From the NCBI RefSeq assembly GCF_000150275.1, contig NW_002060946.1:1693454-1757453 (forward strand): a stretch of 64,000 bases of DNA, in the 5' to 3' direction. The translations under genes were made by a program, and so were the position numbers. Below the pieces are notes generated by a model. The model searched no databases, was not told where the DNA came from, and was given only the letters and a program-made list of their open reading frames with translations. This document shows, piece after piece, positions 11,901 to 26,150 of the stretch; within the stretch, counting starts at the first letter, position 1; each line of letters opens with the position of its first letter. The DNA is from Trichoplax adhaerens. Taxonomy: Eukaryota > Animalia > Placozoa.

Positions 11901-14900
11901 ACTAAACAACTAAAGCTATCTATCAAAAGATCTACAATCGTTTTATTATACCATCAGACTTTCTTATATTATATAAATAGCACTCATAATATGGAAATAG
12001 TGCTGTTTGTGTGAAATAAACTCATACGACAATTGATTACATAAATTCTGAAACAGAATTATCAGTCAATATGCTCATACTGGTTAAATAGGCTAACAAA
12101 ATGACTATAACTATCTACGAGGGCAATAATTTCAATTTTAAATATATATCAACTGCTGTTATATTAGTTCTAGTTCTAATAAACCCGAAATAGTACTGCT
12201 TACCTATACGATAAAACAATTATCTATATGACGTCTGAAAATAAAATTATAAAGAAAGCACTACCATCGTAGTTGAATAAATTAACTAAGTAATTCTAAT
12301 TATTTAATTGCAATCATTTAATTTTAAATGCATACTTGCTACTATTATATTAGTACTAATAAAGTTGGAAATAGTGTTGCTGCTGACCTATACGATAAAA
12401 CAATTGTTTAAATAGATTCTGAAACTGAATGAGAAATAAACATAACCATCTTAGCTAAATAGATTAACTAAACGACTACCACTATTTACTAATAAATTTG
12501 CAATAATTTTGAAAGATTTAGTTACTACTGTTCTAGAAACAGTGAAGCTCACCTATATGATAAAATAACAAAACAATTTGTCTCTATAACTTCTAAAACT
12601 GAGTTTCAAATATGTATTAATAATAATTACCATTATTGCCACTTATAAAATTATAAATATATGGAATTAGGCCTCTTTAACCAATTCATTGGTTCATTTT
12701 ATGACTGTATGTTTTCATTATTATACCTTAGGTCATTATACACGAAGTACAAGGAATTAGCTTTTTACAACCCCATAAAATCGTCTATTGCACCATGGAG
12801 GTAGGTATCATATTTACAGTACTATTTTAATGCGGTAAGGGATACATGTTCTCGTACAAACTTTGACCTGAAATAGACTGACATAAAGCTTATTCAATAC
12901 TAGATTGAAGGTGGAGAAAAACTTCGTACAGATGCTGCCCTTGCAGATAAGCCAAAGTCAGTCACTATTTTGTATTTCCTTTAGTTCATCTACGTTACAG
13001 TAGTAGACTATTTTTTTATTGCTACTGCATAAAACTCGTAAATTATACCATCAATAAATACCTGTATCTTTACCTTGACTTTATAACATAACATCATTAC
13101 ATACGCCCATTGTGTAGTAATAACACGTATTCTTCACTACAGATGGCGCACTCAAGGTGATTTTAAGAGTAATCAACCTCTACCCGTTCTAAAAATCAAA
13201 TTATACACCGAAAATTCTAGTCTCATTAGTTTAGATGATAAAGAATTAGGAAGGGTATGTAAAACTTTTCTCGTCAGTTATAATCATACACAGAATTCCA
13301 TATTGACCTCTATTATTTTCATGAATCAACGCAGTTGGTACTATATCCTAATTCAAATTGGCTTGAGACGCCTGATAATTATGTCATGACGCCAAAACAT
13401 CATCAAAGTAATAATGATAAAATAAAAATTAAAATTGGTGTCAAAATGGATAAACCACAAGGAATGAAAAAATGCGGGTAAATCATGTCATTCTTTGAAA
13501 TATCGAGACTGCAATCGGAGTTAAATCATTTCTATATCCCATACTTCCGTCACAGTTATCTATACTGCATGGGTCAAAGCCATTGGAAAAAGTGGAAGAA
13601 GCGTTTTTTCGTTCTAATTCAAGTAAGTTCTTCTATTGATGGGAATTCTTTTCAATTATGATGTGTTACTAATAATCTGCATTGAATAGGTCAGTCAGTA
13701 TACGTTCGCTTTGTGCAGCTATCATACGAAAAAATCTGATCCTCAAGAGATGATTCAAGTTGATGGTTACACCGTTGATTACACTGATAGTCCACCTGGT
13801 CAGCTAAAACATAACTTAATCAACCCAAGATAATACAATTTTAGCACTTGAAACTTCAACTGAACAATAACAGAATGATTCATAATAGACTAATAACCAT
13901 GCCCTATATATTTTTTCATAGACGAAAACTGCAAAAGTGAAAACAAAGCTGAACTATTCCACTTTAAGGGCGTCAAAGAGGGTGACTGGATCTATTTCGC
14001 TTCTGCGGATGAAAATGATAGGCAACTTTGGATTCAAAAGCTCTATCAAGCAACTGGACAAACCCATAAACCTATCCCGCATAATAGTGTTTCTATTTCT
14101 CTTAGTTCTGGCAAAAGTATGCAAAAGAATCTTGTATTTTATTTTTTAATAAAGAATTAATCTAATTGCACTTTTAGTGCCTAAGATAATTTACTAGATA
14201 AGGTTATATGTTAACAACATAGTGATATATCTTTCCTTTATTATCATCAGCGACAGAACGTAGCAGAGCGCGGAAGCATGGTATGGAAGATTTTGTCCAA
14301 GCAAATCCACTCGATTTTGATCATAACCGTCTGTTTGCACAATTGCAATCATTATCGTTGGAAAAGCGTTTAAATGATAATTACACCAGTCTGGTAAGCG
14401 ATTGTTATGGCATATCCCTATAAGCTATGTTGCACAATCAAATCAACTTTAAATGGATAGCTAGCATTTACGCTTTGCAATAATACAAATTTTAGGGTTG
14501 GCTATCGCCTGGACAAAAATTTCTTCTTGATGAATTTAGCTCTCGATATGGTGTTCGAAACTGCTATCGACATCTTTCCTACATCGATGAACTCTTAACC
14601 TATGCCGATAAGGGCCAAATGATTGACGCTACTCTGATACAGTACAGCTATATGCATTGCATTTCTCACTTTAAAAACAGTGGGTTAGTATTTTTTAGCA
14701 CATGATACCTAATTAATTCATAAGCTATTTACTACTAGGTTAAAAAGTAATAATTAAATTGATTGATCCTCATTTCAGTAGTGTTACTATAACAGTCGAT
14801 GAAAAAGAAATGTATGACGACATAAATTCAAAATTACAAACCTGGCTGACAAAGAATATTACTAACTTTTGGTATGAATTACTAATTGATAAACTTTCAA

Positions 14901-17549
14901 TAATCGTATTTGCATCACTCTTTGAGATTAACTTAAAATCATTGAATCGCATATTACATCGATAAATCGTACTATCTATATTTTTTCTTTTTAGGAATTA
15001 CTATCCCTTTGGAAAACCAGATGGAGCATTAAAGGCTACCGTACAACTGTTTGAAAAGGTACTTTATCGCACGTAACGCAATCCGAAAGTTATCATCAAA
15101 ATTATGTAGACAATTTCTTTAACTTGAAACTATCTACTAAAATTCACTATAGCTAAAAATGGACGACGGTCGAAAAACAGAAAATCAACAAAAAGAATTT
15201 GCTGCGGAGATGAAAAAGTTAATGGAAATTGCTGCCTTAGAAAATTATACTTCCCTTTCATCATACGTACAAGCATCTGGTATAAATAATTTATTCCTTC
15301 AATTGATATCGTTGCAATCAAAACATTTTACATTGACAATATTTCTTCAGCTACCAATGGAAGTGCAACCGATTACGAAAAAAAGTTAGAAGAAGTACTT
15401 GTATTAGCAGAGTCCTGCCGAGACCTACTGAGAATGACAGAAGAATACTATGATGATGTCAGAATTATTACCTAATTGTGTTAATAAATCATTCCTTACA
15501 TATAGTAATATATCTGCTTAATCATATCATAGATATGGAGCAAATTTCCTGGACTATTGAATTATCATTCTGAAGTTTTGTGGTCACTTTTCTCGGTGGA
15601 CATGGATGATGCAATTAAAGCACAACCGGAAGATACTTGGAACTGTTTTATGCTGTTTCAACTTCTTAACGATTACCTTAAAAGCGAACGTAAGTATAGC
15701 TTAGAAAGAGATGGATATTTCTCACAGTGAAAATGTTTTCTTCGGTTTAATTTGAATACTTTTACATATAGCCAATTTGCGAAATGGAAAATTTCACAAG
15801 CATCTTAGAGTTCTGTTCGCTCCGAAAGTTATACGATATATTGACTTGATGGAATCGTCTATAGCCTTATCAATTAATGTCAACTTTCAGAAAGAAACAT
15901 GGATACACGTTGAGTAAGTAAATTGCTCCAGTGAATGAATAGAATTTGATGGATTACTACTTTATGCGTGTTTCTGTATGCGTATGATAATTTTATTCAA
16001 CTGCTGTTATTAGGGGTGGCAATGCAGCTTCTGAAGACCTACTGTATAAATTGGGCAAACTACAACAGTTTGTAAGCTACCTAAGTTGGCCGGATGAAGT
16101 TTTCGGAAAGCATTTAACTCAACGGATAAATCTTATGGCAGCAGATATGATAGGATCGTGCGTTAAAAGGTACAGTATTCATGAAGCCATGCAATTACTA
16201 TGATGCAAATGACACCTTTACAAGATCTAACACTTGCTACATTGCTATTGATACGTATAGAACTTCTGACTTTTTCGAGACAAAGCTGAAGCGAAAAAGA
16301 CGAAATATAGACTATCTATTACCTCCAGAGATCTGTGTTGCGATTAACGTGGTCGTATCCTGTCTTAAACAGGTAAAGCCTGAATTAATCAATACGTCTT
16401 AACGTAGTGTTATTTGTGCAATATATGAGATCATAATCGTTTATACTGTATTGCTTTGCAATATGCAGTTACCAGAACTATGCGGTGGTGAAGTGGATGG
16501 AGGGCAGGTAAGCCTTTCTGTAAATTATTAAGCGATATATAGACAAAATCACTACATGTAGCGCTTTACTTTGAGATAATTTGTTAATATATATCGATTC
16601 GTCATCAATGTCAGCATCATTATCATACCGATATCAATACCTATCTTAATGACACGTTGGTCATGTTTAGAAACCAGTTAATCGAAAAGGTAAATTCTTA
16701 AATTATTACGTAGCTAATTCAGTAATTCTGTTATATATTTATAATGGATGAACTTTTATTATCCAACAGCTTAATGCAGCTATTGAAGCTGTACTATCTA
16801 AGCTTTCCAATTATGACGAAGGAACAATTACCGCATCATTATTTTCGTGGATGGTTAGTAATCACGTTATAATTTCACACTATATTTATTTACTGTGTAC
16901 CAATGCTCATAATGCACATTATTTTGGCCATGTCAGAAACCTGGTGATGAACTAGCAACCAACTACATAAAAAGCGTTGGCCGTAATTTAAAAATGTTGA
17001 GCGATAAAATCATCTATGAGAAATTCATGGGGCCGCTATTCTGCGTAAGTCATCATTGTTATCTTACAGCCACTTGCACTAGGCTACTTCTCAACTTAAC
17101 ACAAGGTGATTATTATCAAAATTAGTGTTGGTATGAGAAAATTTTATACCTGATAAATGAATGGCTTACTGACCGCTTGGATGTTTCCCTGCATCCATAC
17201 CAAATATCAACAATTTCCTTACTTATGCAGGTATGAGCATGAAGCATAGTACGGTATATGTACTTGCGTTGCGCGTTCAATAACACGATTTCGAAATGGC
17301 AATAAATCAATTGGTGCTATTAAACTAAGCCTATACCATTAGAATTTTAAGGCACTAATTAGTTGAAAATTGAATCAATTGCATTTGAACCTTTAGGGTT
17401 TGACTGAATATTTTGAAGGTGTTGGCGTACCAGAGTCTATCATGAAGAACCATTTGTATCATTCAATTAGCACCCATATACAGATCGAGCAAGGGTCCAA
17501 CCGCGATGCCGATAATCAGGGCAATACAGTTATAGATTCATCGACATAA
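2977..17549 (+). CDS. CADPS: Calcium-dependent secretion activator (CAPS/UNC-31), ~27 coding exons
   Basis: Exon 1 2977-3870 ([11 protein letters not shown]...[16 protein letters not shown]...[11 protein letters not shown], then GTAAG). Approximate later exons: 8170-8250 ([16 protein letters not shown]), 10348-10484, 11775-11865, 12732-12800 (C2, IVYCTME), 12904-12956, 13143-13254, 13335-13477, 13556-13622 ([15 protein letters not shown]), 13690-13798 ([11 protein letters not shown]), 13922-14116, 14251-14393, 14496-14683 (GWLSPGQ), 14779-14871, 14995-15058, 15153-15279, 15351-15457, 15533-15689, 15772-15913, 16014-16169, 16261-16371, 16469-16507, 16615-16689, 16770-16853, 16937-17044, 17125-17230 ([14 protein letters not shown]), 17397-17549 (TAA). 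Motifs are colinear with CAPS1 as recalled; introns are GT-AG. Confidence 0.95.
6816..7244. repeat. Near-identical ~210-bp direct duplication (period 220) in CAPS intron 1
   Basis: CTAACTACACCAACGGAGTAATTGAC...CTAGATGATTGTA begins at 6816 and again at 7036, with few differences. Confidence 0.9.
8440..9260. repeat. 114-bp minisatellite, ~7 copies, CAPS intron 2
   Basis: AATAGCAAACAAT at 8582, 8695, 8809, 8923, 9037 and 9151. Confidence 0.9.
9555..10250. repeat. 86-114 bp minisatellite, ~7 copies, CAPS intron 2
   Basis: Core TCATGATTCA...CCTATCCT...CCAACACCTTGGGAAAG at ~9576, 9683, 9797, 9887, 9973, 10065 and 10179. Confidence 0.9.
11990..12610. repeat. Degenerate ~180-bp tandem repeat, ~4 copies, CAPS intron 4
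   Basis: GAAATAGT...CCTATACGATAAAACAATT...TCTGAAA-like cores at ~11994, 12187, 12368 and 12536. Confidence 0.6.
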
Positions 17550-20349
17550 AGGTCTTTAGCGTAGAATGGTATTACTATATAAATTTCTAACTACGCCTTA
17601 CTTAATCCAATCTCAAGAAATTAATATACGGACCCGACTTTCAATGATAATTAAACTCATACTCTAGATACATGGTCCTAATTACATTTATTCTACCAGC
17701 AATGAAATTGTCATGAATTGCAACGTAGTTTCAGGTTTATCAATATATCCAAATTTATATTCGATATTAGTTTAACTTAGAAATTTATTTATCATTTGCT
17801 TTACTCGGATTTTTAAACGCAAACTGTGTCGGTTCATTGTAATAGTTATTAACTTTACCTAAGTTGAGATCGTAGGCATTTCGTATTGGTATTTATACTA
17901 CACCATGACGCAGTAAAATAACAACTGCTGTTAAGTAACCAATTCGTATTGGACAAAGACTGTAAACTTCTCCCGTTCTTGGAAGGGTAACATTACTCTG
18001 AGATGAGAGTTTCTGAAACATGGAAGAAGATAATGTATTAATTTTATGGCTATTTAACATACGCCGTATTGTTTTATGTTAATTACTAGCTAATATGCGT
18101 AATAATAATGAATGTTAGCCAATTACGGTATTCTTGTAATGCATTATAATGTAGGTAAATTTCTTTTTTTATTACTATTCTGCTCTGTGAACAGTTATAC
18201 TTTATATTATGGCGTTAAAAATAATACATAATTGTGCATAGTACCATCCATGTATGCGTATATTGCTATAACATGTGAAATTATCGTAATGGTATCATTT
18301 TAATTTAGATTGCTAACCATCTAGTTTTAGTAACATTTCTTTATCTACGTGTATAAAGATATCTCTTTACAGCTTTGAATGAAAATAAATTATTTATCAC
18401 TATACAGTTAGCCACTAAATATAATAAAAGCTTAGTTCTTGGAAGATAATATTTTTGAAATCAGCACTTACATTAAATGTTATTAATAAGCGATAATTTT
18501 TCTGAATCCATTTCGTCAATGCATTGACATGTATTTAAGTAATCTATACTCTTAAAACTTATTATAATATCCATTAACTTTAGTTAAATAGAACTCGCTG
18601 ATATCAACACGTGATTTCGGCCCCGGTTTAAACGCCTATTTAAGGCCCAGATATTATGGTTTGAGTCACAATGATGCCCATTTGTTTTTTATCTTTCCCC
18701 TAAACTACATGAAATAACAAAATCGGATGATATATCACCATCATTGTATAACAATCTAATTACGGTAAAACTGTAGTAATAGAATCTTAGTTATGATTAT
18801 AGAACTAAATTATTCTACTGTCACTGCTTAAACTCTGCGAGAAGGAAACGTAAACTAAACAGTCTATAACTATTGACTTAAACGTTAAATACATAGCAAA
18901 GTACCGTAAAAATAGAACTTTATTAGCACAAATACATCCACAACTTTTCACAACTCAGCTCAACTCCTTCTTACTCAAAATGTTTCCGTTTATATATAGG
19001 AACCTTCAGGGACTATGGGTGGAGGTAAAATTTTTTCTTTAATAGTCCCTGTAACTGTCTCACTTGTAAGGAACAATAACAATATTATTATTATACCTTA
19101 CTAGGAAAGACAAGTCGAACTAAGATGTTCCTTACATAGCTTTTCTATCAGTATTCAGTATTGCAATTATTAATATTTGAGTAAATGGAGTGCTAATTTC
19201 TGTACTATAAGAGTATATTTTAACTCTGATTAATTGCAAAGTTACCATGACAAAATCAGAAGTAATCAAACAGATAGCAATATCAGCTCTCTTTTAAGTA
19301 TTCTAAATACGCTAATTTAATATCCATCTGCTGTAGTTTAGTAGCAACGAACAAATTGCGGAATATTTTACCGGAAAAGAGTAAAGGAAAGTTCAATTAG
19401 TAATCTTTTATACGTGAATTCTCGGCAAACTGCAGTAAATTCCCCGAGAGATCTAACTGTGTTTAATATCACCAACAATTGTGTTAATTTAAATAGTAAC
19501 TTTTTCATTGCAATTTCTTATTGTGATTTTTTTACCGTGAATAAACATTAGTGGATTTCTGCATAAAATTGCCTTATAGGATATTTAAATGACGGCAAGC
19601 AAGCAATTCTTATATTCTGTTTTATAGTTTCTATTAGTATCTATAGCATAATCCATCTATCTTCACCTAAATTGTATGGGTCTAACTGAAAGCATGGTTG
19701 ACTTATCCTGAAGTCATTGTAAATTATTCTTCCATTCTGGCTTATATTTTCGAATTACAGTTACAACCTGTCTCTCTCTTCATTTCACTTCCATAATTCT
19801 TAACGAAATCATTATTGATTCATCCTGCTCAAATTATTAATAGCTCATCAGTTTTATCTTGTAACATGTGCCAATATCTATAACTCTGTTACCGTCTAAG
19901 TACGAAATCCAGTCAATTCGCGAACTGCCTAGTCAATTTATGTTATTAACCGATGCAAATGATTTAAGGCTAATGTTGAGTGTAACAGTAAATGTCAGAA
20001 TCAGAGAACTTGTAAAAATAAATAAAAATTTTCATCATCAGAACATTATCAATTCAATAAAAACTACTTATTTGATAGTAGTATCTCTAAATGTTTGGCA
20101 ATTACTTCAGTAATTGCAAGTTACACACGTATTGATTATTTGAATCAGTCTATTATTACTATTATAATCGTCAAAGAAATATAGATTCTCTGTTTTTTTA
20201 GTAATATTACTGCATGAATAACGATAATTTCTCTAATTTATAAAGAAAGACGGTTTCTCTGATTTACGTGTTTTGGTATTTTTGCAGTTTGCGAACTGAC
20301 TAGGCATCTCGCAAATACACTGAACTTCACTTCACACCCAAACGGGTAC

Positions 20350-21065
20350 AGGTCTATCTGAATACAGAATATATCACTGAATTAAATTAATAAATTTAAA
20401 AGAGTAATTTAAAATTGTATTGAATAGATTCCAATTGCTATACTGTAAACGTGGGTGAATGCATAATTGTAGTAAAGTAGTGAAAAAGTATGATCGAAAA
20501 CAATGGCAAGAATTATTGAGCTAGCTGAGCTAAATGTATGGTATTATACTATCTGTAAGTTTTATTTATACAAAATGTATCCGCTGACTATCTCGAAATA
20601 GATCTATCCAAATATATCACGAATATATTAAACTGATAAGTTAAAAAAGAGTAATCTAAAAATTATATTGAATAGGTTCCAAACATTACAAAGCACATAC
20701 GAATGGTGCTCTATTTAGTTCCAGTAAAGTAGTATAAAAGTATGATCGAAAGTAACGGCAAGAATTATTGCACAAGCTGAGCTAAATGTATGATATTACG
20801 CTGTCTGCAAATTTTTATTAAGCAATGTGTATCTGTTAACAATCTTGAAATAGATCTATTCGAATATAGAATATATTGCTAAATTGAGCTGATAAATTCA
20901 AAAGAGTAATCTAACATTGTAATGCACAGATTCTTATTGCTATGCTGCGCATATGGATGAATGCTTTAGTTGTAATAACGTAGTATAAAAGCATGATCGA
21001 AAGCAGTGGCAAGAATTATGGAACTAGCTGAACTAAAAACATAATATTAAGGCACGCTATCCGTA
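20350..21065. repeat. ~252-bp diverged tandem repeat, 3 copies
   Basis: ATGATCGAAA...GGCAAGAATTAT...AGCTGA.CTAAA at ~20490, 20742 and 20993. Confidence 0.85.
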
Positions 21066-23073
21066 AATTAGTAAATGCTCTTGAATAGCCGATTAACTCA
21101 AGTCAATGTATGACTATAAATAATACAGTAAGCTTGAAAATTTAATTTATTTGAATCAATCAATTTAATGTAATCATTAATAATAGTAAATGCGATTGAA
21201 AACGACATTTCAATAATATCATCCCTTGAATGCTTATGCAAGCTTTAGTTCTTAAATGAATTAGTCTCAAACTACATACCGTACTCCTATATACGACATT
21301 TTTCTTACATTTTAAACTCGTTATACTTAACTCCAAGAGTATCGTAGCTAATTATTAGACATCGGTTAAACTCATACTTATCGCCATATGAAAGCTTTAA
21401 GAAGAAATGCCCCCTTTGTACAAGGCAGAGAGTCGTCCTGTCGACATGATAATGCTATATAAAAAAATTACCCACTCGGTTTCCACGCTGTCTACATTTG
21501 GTGTGGAAGCGAATAACATCAAAATGCAAGATGTTGTTCGAAGGAAAGAAATGAAGTATTGCTTAATGCAATATCTGTTCAAACTCGATATGGCTACATC
21601 TTGAAAGCGAAGTCTCTTAATAAAAGGTTAAGCAATGGCAAGTCTTATTCTAACAACATATCGATCTACTCAAAACACCAATCACTTATGCAAGTCCCAA
21701 CCTTATTTATCCGTTTTTTCTTTGATATGGTAATAACTTTGCTTTTTACATGTGTATATAATTTGTTTGTTTCCAGTAACTATTTACTTAAGATGAATCA
21801 CTATTATATATACAGTACAACCATCTTGATATCTACATTTAATGAAAAGTAAAGTGATAGTTAGGCATTCGACCATTCCCGATAAATCGACTGGTAAGAC
21901 GTTTAAATGTTGTTGAGTAACTACGGTAATTAGTAGGAGCTATTATTTTACATTAAATAATTCAAGTTGCTTAAGAATAACATGTAATTTACTAAATATG
22001 GACTAATTAAATATCTCATTTAAAATCATCGACGTATAACATTTAGGAAATGTAATAATTTGGTTATGGGTGTTTGTAAAGCAGATGTAATTCGTGTAGC
22101 TCAGTCTAACAATGTCTTCTTGTTTAAATTCTTCCAGATATAATTATCGAGTATCGTAGCGTTCTCTATTAAAAGTAAAGAATAGTAAAGTATTTGTGTT
22201 TTCGTGTATGTTTAATCGTCAATGTGTGTCTATTTACAGTAATAATATAACGTTAATTAATTATTACCAATTCAAAACCATTTCATCGACTAATTGCTAT
22301 TTTAATAAAAGTAAATGATAAAAATTATGACCACGTATCCAGTCTGGCTCTAATAACGGTAACTGGTATAATCTAAAACCATTTTAACTATATCCCGATA
22401 ACAAGACAGTACTAAAAACGTTTGCGTATGTTAAAATTAAAATAATAAAAGGCAAAATTTAAGTATACGGCATAGCACTGTTATTATGCTGATGATTGAT
22501 TCTTAAAGTGATAGGAGAATACATAAAAACTGAGACAATACGAAACGATCCTACCGAGTTCGACGACATTTACAAATTAACTAAATGAGTATAAATCAAT
22601 TTAGGGACTTTTACTCTCTATTCAATTGTACGATATCAATATGATTTAGCTTTACTAAATTACCAAATGCTAAATTTTTTTATTTTCGACTGTGATATCT
22701 CGCTCTTCAGTAGGAAATCAAAGATAGTCTAACGTCTATAACGTTTACAGAAAAAGAGTACCAGTTGACGATGCATACAAGAAGAAAATTATCGCTATTT
22801 AACTCAGATATAATCATCGTAGTAACAAAGTACAGACAATCTGCCGTAATGCAGGATTAACATTGTATCCACTACTATAAATCATCACTGTTACTTTCGA
22901 AGCAAGCATCAAGCATATAAAAATTTTTAAAGATATCGAAGTCTTTCACTTGCCAAGTTGTTAAACTGGTACTTCAATAAATTATCATTTATCTATTTAC
23001 TGTATGTATTAAATTAGACCATTTTCGTCGCCCAAGTCTATGATATTTTTCAAAAAAACTTAATTCAATTAGA

Positions 23074-23391
23074 TTAATCAGTGCATGATTTAACCAACAT
23101 AACGATGATAAAAATCGGAGGACAGATTAAACATAAAAGGATGTATAAAATCACATTATTGGAGTGATCTTCATGGACAACAACAGTAGTTTGCGCCGGT
23201 TGTACAACTGGTTGAGTAATAGTAATTTGCTGTTGTGGAGGGTAGCCTCCTTGTGGCGGCACAGGATAAGCTTGCTGTGGTGGAATAGCGTATGGTGGCG
23301 GTTGCATTTGTCCGAGAGGTATTCCTTGTGGTGGTGGTATTTGGCCAGCCTGTGGTGGCGGGTAAGGATTATATCCAGGTTGCTTCGACAT
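23074..23391 (-). CDS. 105-aa Pro/Gln/Tyr-rich protein with PPxY motif and C-terminal membrane anchor (CYSTM1-like architecture), paralogue A
   Basis: ATG in AAAATG context with an in-frame stop upstream; PPPY motif; C-terminal VILYILLCLICPPIFIIVMLVKSCTD. A near-identical tail in the paralogue 5.6 kb away, with mostly synonymous DNA differences, supports coding status. Confidence 0.85.
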   Translation of the reverse strand: MSKQPGYNPYPPPQAGQIPPPQGIPLGQMQPPPYAIPPQQAYPVPPQGGYPPQQQITITQPVVQPAQTTVVVHEDHSNNVILYILLCLICPPIFIIVMLVKSCTD

Positions 23392-25919
23392 TTTATGATT
23401 AATTTTTATTTAAATGTACGATAGTGAGAGTTGAAGAGGAGTAGAGACAACGCTGGATTGATTTTTAACAACTTCTTTCCGCGTAGCGTTAAAATGTTCT
23501 AATCTATAAAAAAAGTCCAGCAATTGTATTTTATAGACAGCAATTGTATTTTATAGATGATTATAATTCTTTTATCATTTTAAATAGTAGATATAAATAA
23601 TACAAAAATATTCAATAAAGGTCGTCAAGGAATCTACCTACGTCGTACTTGCAGTACAATAACTTAACAAAAGTCGATATTATAATAATAATATATTCAA
23701 AGTTTAACAATAATGCATTGAACGTAGAACAATCCTGACATGGTTAGTATAGGCGCAATGATCTTGATGCATTGAAACTATATTGTAATATATCGTAGAG
23801 AGCCAAATTTTAGCACAGGCGTGTACAGTTTTCTTAGAATAAATACAATTGTAATTGTAATTAATTACCTCCGACTTTTCAGGCAAATATACATAATATA
23901 CTTTCGATGATTTCAATATAATCTCTAGACCTTGTAATGTAACTTAGCATTATTATTGTAGACTGTTAGCCATGTTTAGTATAATGTGCGGTAGATATTT
24001 GGTAGCTATAACTATAGACTGTAGTGGTAGAGACTCTATGCTAGAGTACAGATGACTATGTACAGTAAGCTGTTGAGTTACTAATAAGGTTATAGGTAAA
24101 AATAGAACTGTAAATCATATATTAGGAAATGGTTACTTCATTGTACTTTAGCTGGTGTGAATGATGCTACGTAAGTACTGTAGTCGTATCCATATTGGAT
24201 TAATGATGGTCCGCAGTAGAATAGTCTACTAAGAACAATTTAACTATGTGTAAAATAAGGTAAAAGGTTGCTATGCGGATTGTAGCTGCGAATGCTACGA
24301 AGAGTATAAAAGCATGCAACTTTAGATTATTCTGTTAGTTCATTCTAGAAGTCGTTAGTAGTAGTATTCGGCTAGAGTAGAGCTGTGTGTAGTTAATCTT
24401 TGTATAAGATTCAATAAAGCCCTTATTTTTCTAAAATTTGGAATCTCGTGATTGGTATATATCACAGACCTATATAATAGTTGAAAGTTATGCTACCTGC
24501 TGTAGATAATTAGTGTCGACATTATACGAGTGGAGGTACATTTAGATCGATAAAGTGACAACTTACAAACTTACAAGAGATATACTATAGTATCATAAGC
24601 ATGATGAGATCCAGTACTGTCTCCTTCTCCTGCAAAATCAAGTGCAAATCTACAATGTTAATATCATAGGATGAAAGCCTTTCTATTATGGATATTTCAA
24701 ATGTATATGTTATGCCTGTTGTATACCATACAAGAAATTACTAGAGTGTGATACTACTACTGTTTTTTGTAAATATTATCAAATGCTCATTTTAAGAATA
24801 TGCTATACAAGTATAATAAGTAATGTATTCATCCGTGCACATTCTCTATTAAATAAAATTAGCTTAACGTTCTATCGCTTTGCTGCCAGAGATATCACAA
24901 TTCATAATGTAAAGATTTACCGGGTATTATAAGTTCTTATTGGTTTGTCATGGTGTATGAGTTTATTATAACACAATATATACCTATTAACGTCTGAATA
25001 AATATAAGAAGTAAATAAGTTCCTTGCTTGTGATATTGTATAAAAATATTAATGAATGTTTTAGCATGTAGAATCCAGTGTTTACAGTTCCTATGCATAT
25101 TTCATTATTACGGCAAACGGTAACTAGTCAAAGTTATATTGGCGCATCTGATATTAAATAGCCCTTCACATATGATAATCACGAAAGTAATTACGTAATA
25201 TTAAATTAAGATTGCCATTCAACGTATGTTCTTATAGAAGCGAAGTCAATATTTCTAGCTCTTACCCATATTGTAACTCTCGAATTATCCCGGCTAGTCT
25301 TTTAATATTTAGTGAAATCCCATATAGTACCGTAAATTTTATGGACTATAGTTCGCGTCTCGCTTAATTAATTAACAATTATCGATTCGATATATGCTAT
25401 GGACTTTACTGGTACAGTGATGTTAACTAATAGAAATTGATCTTCGTGTTATTGCTTGCTTAATGGTCATTTCACACGATAAATAAATTATGAAATTCAA
25501 CTGAGACTAAATTAGAAATACTGTGTATATAATTGTGCGGAGATAGCAACTCCGATTTTTTCTTAATCCTACCCTTGAGGAGCTATCAAAGAATTCAACC
25601 TATTTGCATAAGTATTGCATAAATAATCCGAGTCTATTACAAGTTCCTATGCAGAATATCCTATATTTTAATTAGTCACGTTCACACGAAGGGATATTGT
25701 ACTCTGCAAAGGAAATAATTTATAAATGTAAAGGGAATTCAGAGTGCGAGTATTTTAAATTGGACATCCTTTGGTAAACCCCACTTTATAAGTTTACAGT
25801 ATGTAATACACACAATTGCATGCTTCTGTTAATATTGCATGTGCATGCAATTTTTAATTTCTTGTCTATAAATTTGATCTGCTAATTTACTAATACTGTG
25901 TAAATAGCATCTTCTTCAT

Positions 25920-26150
25920 AATTAAATGTAATCGTACTAAATACTATATAAAGTTGTAAAATATTACATTTCTTGCTTACTTTATCCCAGCATCAAACTG
26001 TGGTATCATCAACAGCGCATTATTTATTAGTATCTCGTTCATAATTAGTTGTAATCGTACTAAATACTATATTATGCTGTATAATACTGTATTCTTTGCT
26101 TACTTTTGTCCGAATATCAAACTGTGCTATCATCGACGGCGCATTATTTA
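25920..26150. repeat. ~123-bp diverged direct repeat, 2 copies
   Basis: TGTAATCGTACTAAATACTATAT at 25927 and 26050, each followed by TTGCTTACTTTT...TCAAACTGTG. Confidence 0.8.

Noticed and set aside
19007-19051. 10-bp inverted repeat CAGGGACTAT...ATAGTCCCTG
   Set aside because: An isolated short stem of a kind expected by chance in 64 kb.
21397-21852. Cluster of 61-97 aa ORFs
   Set aside because: No homology or splice support recognised; probably intergenic or UTR.
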